In this document: positions 12,395 to 20,001 of the stretch, piece after piece
How the letters are laid out: the number at the start of each line of letters is the position of its first letter
Position numbering within the stretch: position 1 is the stretch's first letter
Assembly: GCA_963976765.1 (NCBI GenBank)
Contig: CAXBME010000003.1
Location: forward strand, 186,001-250,000
DNA from: an uncultured Planctomycetaceae bacterium
Lineage (GTDB): Bacteria > Planctomycetota > Planctomycetia > Planctomycetales > Planctomycetaceae
Direction: 5' to 3'
DNA: 64,000 nt
Program-made: the position numbers and the translations under genes
Notes under the pieces: generated by a model
Databases searched by the model: none
What the model was told of the DNA's origin: nothing
What the model saw: the letters and a program-made list of their open reading frames with translations, nothing else

Positions 12395-13696
12395 ATGAAA
12401 CCGCCTGCTCACATTTCCGTCGCAGGTCTGCATGAATCGGGAGTGGTGTGTCCACACTGCAACCGCGAGATTGTGCGTGGTGAGAAAACCGTGCAATGTT
12501 CCGACTGTGGAGACGTTCAACACTGGTCGTGCTGGAATTCCGGCAACGGCTGCGGCTCGTACGATTGCAGCACCGGGTACGCAGGACATTCCTGTGATGA
12601 GAACGCCGAAGCTGTTTTAAGAATTACGAGTGACGAGGTCCGAAACGCAGTCCCCCTTGCTTCAGGAATTTCCGGGAGTTATCGCGGTCCGGCAATCTCG
12701 ATACCCGTCGGCCCCGGAGTCGAGTCAGACCGTTGGAACCGCCTGGCGATCGTGTCATTCGTCGTGGCGATACTTGGCATTCCGCTGTTCGGAATTGTCA
12801 CAGGTCTGGTTGCCGTTGTGCTGGGAGGGCTGGCGCTGGTGGGGAAACATTCTCTCAAGCGACGGGGAGCCGGGCTGGCCGCTGGCGGAATTCTGCTGGG
12901 CATAGCCGACTTTGCGGGGTGGTCGATTGTGTTGTTTCAGATGGGCGGCGCGCCTGGCGTGGGGCTTGCGCTGGACATCGACGAGTTCGAGCCTGACCCG
13001 GTCGCACTGGAAGCACTGCCCGACCACCTCAACCGCGCGATGATGGCCAACGTGCTGATTCAAGTTCAGCAGGGGATGGATAATCTCTGGGGCTCGGCAA
13101 TCGGTTCCGGAGTGATTCTTCGCATTGTTGATGGTTCGGCTCTGATCGTGACGAACCGTCATGTGGTCGATGCGAACTTTCCTGGCAGCAGTTCTGACGA
13201 AATTGCCGACTCCGGCAAAGGAGACACGTTACGGATCAAACTGGTCGGACAACCCAACGTGATCGGAAAAATTGTCTGGCTGGCTGGTGGCGGGATCGAC
13301 CTGGCGTTGATTCGAGCACCGGTGACATCCAACAAGGCGCTGACTGCCTGGTGGGACGCTACTCCGCGGGCTGCGGTGGGAGATCCCGTCTTCGCAGTCG
13401 GCAACCCGCACGGCCTTGGCTGGACGCTCACTCGTGGAGATGTTTCGCAACTTCGCCGACAGAACTATGGCGGTTCCACGCTTCGAGTCGTTCAAACCAG
13501 CGCCGCGATCAACCCCGGCAACAGCGGCGGAGGACTCTATGATGAAAGCGGCCACCTGATCGGCATCAACACATGGACTCGTGACAAGCGATTTGCGGAA
13601 GGGCTTGGATTTGCAATTTCTTTTCAGGAACTGCTGCCGCTGGTGCCCGACCATCTCGAACTGCCGGACAGCCAACTGGAGGACAACACGCCATGA
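12395..13696 (+). CDS. RING-like finger + DUF4190-like TM region + trypsin-like serine protease
   Basis: CPHC...CSDC...QHWSCW...GCGSYDC; hydrophobic LAIVSFVVAILG.../GLAAGGILLG...; protease motifs GSGV, VTNRHVV (His), IDLAL (Asp), AVGNP, INPGNSGG (Ser). Confidence 0.9.
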   Translation: MKPPAHISVAGLHESGVVCPHCNREIVRGEKTVQCSDCGDVQHWSCWNSGNGCGSYDCSTGYAGHSCDENAEAVLRITSDEVRNAVPLASGISGSYRGPAISIPVGPGVESDRWNRLAIVSFVVAILGIPLFGIVTGLVAVVLGGLALVGKHSLKRRGAGLAAGGILLGIADFAGWSIVLFQMGGAPGVGLALDIDEFEPDPVALEALPDHLNRAMMANVLIQVQQGMDNLWGSAIGSGVILRIVDGSALIVTNRHVVDANFPGSSSDEIADSGKGDTLRIKLVGQPNVIGKIVWLAGGGIDLALIRAPVTSNKALTAWWDATPRAAVGDPVFAVGNPHGLGWTLTRGDVSQLRRQNYGGSTLRVVQTSAAINPGNSGGGLYDESGHLIGINTWTRDKRFAEGLGFAISFQELLPLVPDHLELPDSQLEDNTP

Positions 13697-14541
13697 GCAC
13701 TGTTCGTTTGCGGAGACTGACCGCCGACTATGCACGTCTGAAGGAATACACAAAAAGTCATCCGCGGTTGAAGTTAATGCAGACCGACGGCGATCCGCCC
13801 GAGCGTTACCACATCGAGTACCGCATTCGCAGTCTGCGACAGGTCGATGGCGACATGCGGATTATCAAAAGCCACACCGTGGAGATTCTGCTGCCCAGAA
13901 ACTACCCGCGAACGCCGCCACAGTGCCGCATGTTGACTCCCGTGTTTCATCCGAACATCGCGCCACACGCGATCTGCGTCGGTGATCACTGGAGTCCTGG
14001 TGAATCACTCGAATCACTTGTGGGCCGGATCGGCGAGATGCTGGCGTACCAGAGTTACAACGTAAAAAGCCCGCTCAACGGCGAGGCCGCAAGGTGGGTT
14101 GTTGAGCACGAAGACGAGCTGCCGCTCGATCCGGTCAGCATGATTATCGACGAGTCTCGCCTGGAAGGCATGACTCCGGTAACCGTTCCCGTCGCATCAT
14201 CGGTTGAACTTCCAGAACCCTCGCCGCCTGCCGTTGACTCGGCGCCGCCATCTGAAACTTACAGCGTCAATTACGTGGAGCGGTTTTCGGGCGCGTCCTC
14301 AAACAATGCGCAGGCCGGAACAGCAACCAGCGTAGTTTCGAACCAAGGGGCCGCGCCGAAACGGAGTCACGCACCGCAGCAGGTTTCGTCTGAGGTCGAC
14401 AGGAAGCCAGAGACGCTGGTCGCTCAATGCCCCGCATGTCGCCGGAAATACCGGGTTCCGGTAACCGCCGCTGGTCGAAAAGCCAACTGTTCCGAATGCG
14501 ACAGCGTCTTCCAGATCCCGCCACTATCTGAACCGAACTAA
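13693..14541 (+). CDS. E2 ubiquitin-conjugating (UBC-fold) enzyme with a C-terminal zinc ribbon
   Basis: RLRRLTADY helix 1, PRNYPRTPP, VFHPNIAPHAIC (Cys95), WSP, SPLNGEAA; C-terminal CPAC...CSEC. ATGA overlap with the upstream gene. Confidence 0.93.
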   Translation: MSTVRLRRLTADYARLKEYTKSHPRLKLMQTDGDPPERYHIEYRIRSLRQVDGDMRIIKSHTVEILLPRNYPRTPPQCRMLTPVFHPNIAPHAICVGDHWSPGESLESLVGRIGEMLAYQSYNVKSPLNGEAARWVVEHEDELPLDPVSMIIDESRLEGMTPVTVPVASSVELPEPSPPAVDSAPPSETYSVNYVERFSGASSNNAQAGTATSVVSNQGAAPKRSHAPQQVSSEVDRKPETLVAQCPACRRKYRVPVTAAGRKANCSECDSVFQIPPLSEPN

Positions 14542-14981
14542 TGGAAGTCGACGAGCGAAGACTGCGGAAGCTACGCAATCACCATCGTGTGATGCTGGCA
14601 ATTTATGCGATGGTCATCGTCCTGATGTTTCTGCTGGAAGTCAGAAGCGACCAGCGCGTCGAGTTCCTCTTTCTCCCCGGAGTTCCTTTACCGGAAAGCT
14701 GCCTGAGTCGCGGCTGGTTCGAACTCGACTGCCCCGGCTGCGGGCTGACTCGCAGCTTCATCTACCTGGCGGCAGGCAGGATTGCGGATTCATGGTCGGC
14801 CAACCGCGTAGGCTGGCTACTGCTGCTGGCTGTGCTGCTCCAGTTTCCGTACCGAGCGATGGCTCTAAGGAATCTTGCTCATGGCTATGAGCAACCTTTT
14901 TCCAGATGGCACACGCCGTTCTCAGCCATCCTGATCGTTGCTTTGATCTCCAACTGGCTGCTGAAAATTTCCGGCCACTGA
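14541..14981 (+). CDS. DUF2752-like membrane protein
   Basis: PESCLSRGWFELDCPGCGLTRSF motif with three hydrophobic segments; TAATG stop/start overlap with the E2. Confidence 0.85.
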   Translation: MEVDERRLRKLRNHHRVMLAIYAMVIVLMFLLEVRSDQRVEFLFLPGVPLPESCLSRGWFELDCPGCGLTRSFIYLAAGRIADSWSANRVGWLLLLAVLLQFPYRAMALRNLAHGYEQPFSRWHTPFSAILIVALISNWLLKISGH

Positions 14982-15126
14982 TTCGTTGCCGCAGATGTCG
15001 TGCATTTGCGACGGCTGGAAAAACAGGAGACCACAAAGGAAGCAGAGTCTGCGAATGCGAACTCTGTTGGCTCAGCGATCTCCTGTTCGAATTCAGCCGG
15101 TCTCGGAACTCGATCAGGTTCAGCGA

Positions 15127-15747
15127 TCAGCGAAGTTCGTCGAGTTCGACTTCTTTTTCCTTCTTCTCATCGGCACCGAATGACTTCTTCAGAGCGACGG
15201 TCTGAGCAGCGACCGTCTTGTCCGGCCCGGTCATCTTGAAGAAGTAGATGCCTTTGTCTTCAATGCCGAGGATGACTCCCAGCATGCGTGATCCAGGAGT
15301 CGCTTTCGTTTGACGAGCGATCGGAGGGCCAACCGGCTTGTCGTAGGTCCCGGTGATTTCGACGAAAAAGTACCTGCCCGATTCGACTTCACCCTGCTTC
15401 ACGGTAACTTCGCGTTCGTCTGACTGAAATTGACCAACCCATCGGTCGATGTTGGCCTTCGCACTGCCGCCAGCTCCGAAGTTGAACAGTGCGAGTTCGC
15501 CGTCTTCCTCATCGCCTTTCACTTTTGGAATGGCGAATTGAGCGAGTCTCAGTCGGCTGCTCGGCTTACTTTGTTTCCAGGTCTCGGGCACGTTGAGTTT
15601 CAGCCCACCCTGAATTTCGACTTCAACGGTCTTGACCTCTTTGGCCGTGGCTTCGGGTTTATCCGTTGCCTTTTCGTCGGCCCGGACGACGAATGAAACC
15701 GCCAGCAGATTTGTCAGACAGATTAGCGAATAGATTCGTTTCGACAT
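15127..15747 (-). CDS. Hypothetical secreted protein
   Basis: Signal-peptide-like N-terminus (MSKRIYSLICLTNLLAVSFVVRA) with AAGGA RBS; motifs PETWKQ, LRLAQF, NIDRWVGQF. Confidence 0.75.
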   Translation of the reverse strand: MSKRIYSLICLTNLLAVSFVVRADEKATDKPEATAKEVKTVEVEIQGGLKLNVPETWKQSKPSSRLRLAQFAIPKVKGDEEDGELALFNFGAGGSAKANIDRWVGQFQSDEREVTVKQGEVESGRYFFVEITGTYDKPVGPPIARQTKATPGSRMLGVILGIEDKGIYFFKMTGPDKTVAAQTVALKKSFGADEKKEKEVELDELR

Positions 15748-15863
15748 TTGAAGTTTCCTTTGTGATTCAACCTGGATTTGGTTTCGGAGCGTACAGGATG
15801 GGCATTGCCCACCGATCATCATTCGTTGTCATTAACGCTGGCAGGCGAAGCCCACCCTATGAA

Positions 15864-18041
15864 TCAGTAATAGTAGTAGTGCATGAAGACGGCTGCTGAG
15901 CATAGCAGGCTGGCCCAGAAGCGGTCGTCAGACAGAAGTGGCACGACCAGCCTGTCGTCAGATTCTGAGTTGTCAGAACCTGAATCGTCGTCTCCGTCAG
16001 AGCTGGGAGAAGCCATACGACGGTTCGCGCTGATGTGGAACTGAAACACCGCCAGCGTCCACACAGCGGCGATGGATGCGGCGACTCCGGGAACAAACAA
16101 GCCTTTCACCATTGCGGCGCCAAGCACGGCGAAGACCAGAATCGAAAGAATGATCAGGAACACGAGATGCTTCAAATCGGTGCTGGAATGGCCGCCAAGT
16201 TCAGTCCAGTTGAGTTTTGATTTTTCATCATCAGGCTTTGTAAGCAGGCTGACTCCGAAGAAAACGAAGCCTGACGTGAACAGGACAATGACGACGCGGT
16301 GAAAGAAATTCAGCTTCGGACCAAGCACCGCATTCACGGAGTTCAGTTGACCTTTGGCCGCGTCGACTTCAGCAGCGATTTCGGCGTAGCTGAATGCCCG
16401 CATTGACTCAGGAAGCTCACCGAGCTTGACGGTGTCGAGGTCTCGCCCGCTGTTCACAACCTGATAAATCGTGGGATGCATTCCGTAGGTGTCGTTGTAG
16501 GTGGACTCGGCAACCCACGAGAAAACGACTCCGGCAACGATGGTCAGAAAGGCGGCAGTTGCGGTCCCGCGTTTCCAGAACATTCCCAGAAAGAAGGCCA
16601 CCAGCAGACCGGGCGTCAGAAAGTTCTGGTAGTCAGCAACCTGCAGGAAGAACGACTTTTCGGAGTTCGGATCCAGTGCGAATAATGCCAGCACCGTCGC
16701 AAACGTCACAAAGAAGACGATGGCATACCGTCCGACTCGGATGAGATCTTTGTCGCCGGCATCTGGTTTGATGTATCGCTTGTAAACGTCGATGGTGAAC
16801 AGCGTCGCGGCTGAGTTCATCATCGAGTCGATCGACGACAGAATGGCGCCGATCAGCCCGGCAGAGATCAAGCCGATCAATCCATAGCCAGCAGGAATGA
16901 CCAGCTTGACGACTTCCGAGAACGCGGCGTCGGAGGCGACTTTACGATCAGGAAGTTTCTGATCGAACAGGTAGAAGGCGGCCACTCCCGTGCCGATCGC
17001 AAAGAACGGAATCAGCAGTTTGAGGAATCCCGCAGCCACGATTCCGAGTCTTGCTTCAGAGTCGCTGCGTGCTCCGAGTGCTCGTTGAACGATGAACTGG
17101 TTCGTTCCCCAATAGTAGCAGTGCATGGCCAGCAGACCGGTGAAGACTCCGGTCCACGGCAAGCCGGGATGGTTCGATGGAAGGTAAAGGTGCATGCGGC
17201 CTCGACCGCCGCTGGCATCGACGGCTTTGTCGTAATCGAGCATCTGCCCCCAACCGTCCCAGACGCCAGCGAGCATTGTTGAGCCATCCGGAGCAAGCTC
17301 CCAGAACGTGAGCACCGCTATCAGCAAGCCCGCACCAAGGAGGAGCATTGACTGAATAAAGTCCGTCCAGACAACGGCAGTCAATCCCCCGACGATTGTG
17401 TAGCCCGCCGCAACGAGTGCCAGGGCAATGACAAAAAACGCGTAGTGGTTCCAGTTGACGACGACTTTACGAACAGGCTGGCTGGAGACGCCGGCACCCG
17501 GATCTGATTCCTCGGCAGCTTTGACTTCGGCGACGGTGACGGCTGCGATTGATTCCTCTGCGGTCTCGACAGCCGCTTCGCCTCCCAGAAGGGTGCAGAT
17601 CGTCCGCGAGCCGATGTAAAGGCCGGGCACCAGATGAATGACTGCCATGATGACGGTCATGATGATCGAATAGACCAATCGGCTGCGGTGGTCGTATCGT
17701 TTTTCAAGATACTCAGAAAGTGTGAAGACTCGCAGCTTTCGGTAGACCGGCAGGAAGAAATAGCACAGCACCATCAGGCCAAGGATCGCTCCCAGTTCGA
17801 AGTGGCTTTGTGCGAAGCCGATTGTGAATCCGACGCCCATCATGCCGACCATGTGGTTAGCACTGACGTTGGAGCCGTAGATTGACCCGGCGACTCCCCA
17901 CCACGGAATTTTTCGGCTGGCCAGGAAGTAGTCTTCGGACGTCTCTTCATCTTTCCGCCCTGCAAAAAGTCCGACGCCCATGACACCGATGAGCGCGGCG
18001 AAGAAGATGACAATGTCCAGAGTTTGAAATACTTCACCCAT
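15864..18041 (-). CDS. Sodium:solute symporter (SSS/SLC5 family)
   Basis: EDYFLASRKIPWW, SNVSANHMVG, TLSEYLEKRY, GGLTAVVWTDFIQ, YYWGTNQFIVQRALGA, SSIDSMMNSAATLFTIDVY; many TM helices. Confidence 0.95.
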   Translation of the reverse strand: MGEVFQTLDIVIFFAALIGVMGVGLFAGRKDEETSEDYFLASRKIPWWGVAGSIYGSNVSANHMVGMMGVGFTIGFAQSHFELGAILGLMVLCYFFLPVYRKLRVFTLSEYLEKRYDHRSRLVYSIIMTVIMAVIHLVPGLYIGSRTICTLLGGEAAVETAEESIAAVTVAEVKAAEESDPGAGVSSQPVRKVVVNWNHYAFFVIALALVAAGYTIVGGLTAVVWTDFIQSMLLLGAGLLIAVLTFWELAPDGSTMLAGVWDGWGQMLDYDKAVDASGGRGRMHLYLPSNHPGLPWTGVFTGLLAMHCYYWGTNQFIVQRALGARSDSEARLGIVAAGFLKLLIPFFAIGTGVAAFYLFDQKLPDRKVASDAAFSEVVKLVIPAGYGLIGLISAGLIGAILSSIDSMMNSAATLFTIDVYKRYIKPDAGDKDLIRVGRYAIVFFVTFATVLALFALDPNSEKSFFLQVADYQNFLTPGLLVAFFLGMFWKRGTATAAFLTIVAGVVFSWVAESTYNDTYGMHPTIYQVVNSGRDLDTVKLGELPESMRAFSYAEIAAEVDAAKGQLNSVNAVLGPKLNFFHRVVIVLFTSGFVFFGVSLLTKPDDEKSKLNWTELGGHSSTDLKHLVFLIILSILVFAVLGAAMVKGLFVPGVAASIAAVWTLAVFQFHISANRRMASPSSDGDDDSGSDNSESDDRLVVPLLSDDRFWASLLCSAAVFMHYYYY

Positions 18042-18355
18042 CAGGTCAGTTCCCGGAATGCAGATCGTTGAGCGGCTTCAGGTTGCAAAGCCAGCGAGAA
18101 TAGGCCAATCCAGCTGAAGCCGACAAGCAACCTGTCCGGAACCGGTTTGCCTTGACGACGTGATCCTGACCACAGAATAGAATTTCATTGCTACTGGCTT
18201 TTCTTTCCTGCCAGAGATCGTGGTAAACTGTGAGGCTTAAAATCAGTCGACCTTCCCCGCTGAAATGGCTGGCCGCGTTATGCAGGTTGGTTTCCTTCCG
18301 TACTTCGTTTCTGATAGTCCCACCTCGTTATTCTCCTGCCACGATAAACGACCTC

Positions 18356-18781
18356 ATGGCGATACGTCGAAATTCCCGACTTCTGATCGAACCGCCCGCC
18401 AGCGCGACGGGGGACATTGCGTTTAATCTGATCGTCTTTTTTCTGGTCTGTGCGTCGGTGCAGCCGGACAGCGGTCGTAAACAGACCATCCCCAAAGCCG
18501 AACAAACCGAGCAGAAGGAACAACAGACCGACACGATCTCGGTCGAGCTGACTCGGCAGGCGGTGTTCCTGGATGGCGACCCCGTGACTCCGAAAGACTT
18601 CGGCCCAAGAATTAAGGCGAAGCTCGACGCACGATCGAATCCCGCTGAGAAAGTCGTCGTCGTGAAGAGCAAACCCGACACGCCATACAACCACTGGATC
18701 GCCGTCACGAGTCAGATCGAAGATTCCGGCGGAATCGTGACTCTCCAACTCGAAGAAGAGCAAACGGTGACCGTGCCCTGA
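18356..18781 (+). CDS. ExbD/TolR-family protein
   Basis: TM segment with conserved Asp (ATGDIAFNLIVFFLV) plus periplasmic ExbD-type domain; start moved to ATG 18356. Confidence 0.85.
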   Translation: MAIRRNSRLLIEPPASATGDIAFNLIVFFLVCASVQPDSGRKQTIPKAEQTEQKEQQTDTISVELTRQAVFLDGDPVTPKDFGPRIKAKLDARSNPAEKVVVVKSKPDTPYNHWIAVTSQIEDSGGIVTLQLEEEQTVTVP

Positions 18782-18786
18782 CAGAC

Positions 18787-18874
18787 GTTTGATGTTCGGG
18801 GTTCCATGTTCCAGGTTGTGGTAGCCCGATTCAGCCAGCAGGCAACTTTGAACCTGGAACTTTGAGCCTGGAAT
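18787..18874. repeat. Inverted heptamer-periodic repeat element
   Basis: Left arm GTTTGAT GTTCGGG GTTCCAT GTTCCAG; right arm AACTTTG AACCTGG AACTTTG AGCCTGG; between the two exbD genes. Confidence 0.6.
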
Positions 18875-18883
18875 TCTGGACCC

Positions 18884-19291
18884 GTGAAAATCAAACGCCG
18901 AACATCGCGAGCGGAAGTCCCCAGCATGGCCATGGGGGACATTGCGTTTAACCTGCTGATCTTTTTCGTGATCCTCGCCAGGGCTCAGGACGACAGCCAT
19001 TTGCAGTGGACTCCGGCGAAGGCTGAAAATCTTGAGCAGGCCGGCCACTCAATGGTGAGCGTGGTTGTCGACAACGAAAACAAGCTTTACCTCAACGGCC
19101 AGGAAATCGGAGTCGGGCAACTGGCCGGCGCGATCGAAGGTCAGCTCGGCAATGCAGTCGCCGGTGAGCGAACCGTTCTATTGAAGGTTCATAAGGACGC
19201 CGTCGCGCTGCGGTTCGAACCAGTCATTGAAGCCGTCAGCGAAGCTGGCGGCGAGCTTGTTCACATCGTCGAAGATGTTAAGAAGAAATAA
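18884..19291 (+). CDS. ExbD/TolR-family protein
   Basis: AMGDIAFNLLIFFVI TM segment; LYLNG and VLLKVHKD ExbD-like motifs. Confidence 0.87.
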   Translation: MKIKRRTSRAEVPSMAMGDIAFNLLIFFVILARAQDDSHLQWTPAKAENLEQAGHSMVSVVVDNENKLYLNGQEIGVGQLAGAIEGQLGNAVAGERTVLLKVHKDAVALRFEPVIEAVSEAGGELVHIVEDVKKK

Positions 19292-19336
19292 CTCATACGC
19301 TCCGTGTTGGAGCATTATTTATGGCGGAGAAGATTC

Positions 19337-19849
19337 ATGGATCAGACACGCGAACAACTCGAAAAGCCACCGACGACGTCGACGGGCATTGCTGCGGACA
19401 TGAAACGCCTGAAGTCTGATACCGCGTCGACGGCTGAAGAGGTGCGGGAATTCATCGCCAACCTCAAAGGCCGCAGCCCTCAGGAAGTTCTGGGAGCAGT
19501 TTCCGAAAGCGGACTTGTCCAGGCGACGGTTCAGGCCACGTTTGGCTGCCTGGTCGTACTTGTAGCGTGTACCGTCCTGCCGTGGGCGTGGAAGTCCGAT
19601 GAACCCGAAGTCGCCGCCGAAACCAAGCCGGTCGCTACCGAGGCAGCACCAGAAACTTCCGAAAACACAACGACCGATTCTCAGTCGGGAGCCGCAGTTG
19701 CAGAGGCTCGATCCGGCGACGATTCCCCGAGCAGCTCGGACGCAGCTCGAGCAGCGGCCGCGATGAAGATCGACGAAACTGTCGTCACCGACCCGAAAAA
19801 GAACCCGCTCGACGGCAACCTCGACAAGCTGCTCGACGGCCTGGACTGA
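19337..19849 (+). CDS. Hypothetical single-TM protein
   Basis: GGAG RBS before ATG 19337; one hydrophobic segment then an acidic low-complexity region; operonic position. Confidence 0.7.
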   Translation: MDQTREQLEKPPTTSTGIAADMKRLKSDTASTAEEVREFIANLKGRSPQEVLGAVSESGLVQATVQATFGCLVVLVACTVLPWAWKSDEPEVAAETKPVATEAAPETSENTTTDSQSGAAVAEARSGDDSPSSSDAARAAAAMKIDETVVTDPKKNPLDGNLDKLLDGLD

Positions 19850-19878
19850 TTCGGTTTTGACCAGAATTTTTTCAACTT

Positions 19879-19937
19879 CGAAAGACACTAAATACACGAA
19901 GGGAACACTTAGTTTTTCGTGCTTTTAGTATCTTTCG
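19879..19937. repeat. Imperfect 22-bp inverted repeat (9-nt periodic arms)
   Basis: CGAAAGACACTAAATACACGAA versus TTCGTGCTTTTAGTATCTTTCG (3 mismatches); intergenic. Confidence 0.6.
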
Positions 19938-20001
19938 TGGTGAATTCATCCGCCTGATCAGTTCTGAGATCAACTGAGATTAAATCGAGTCTGAAACCTT
20001 C

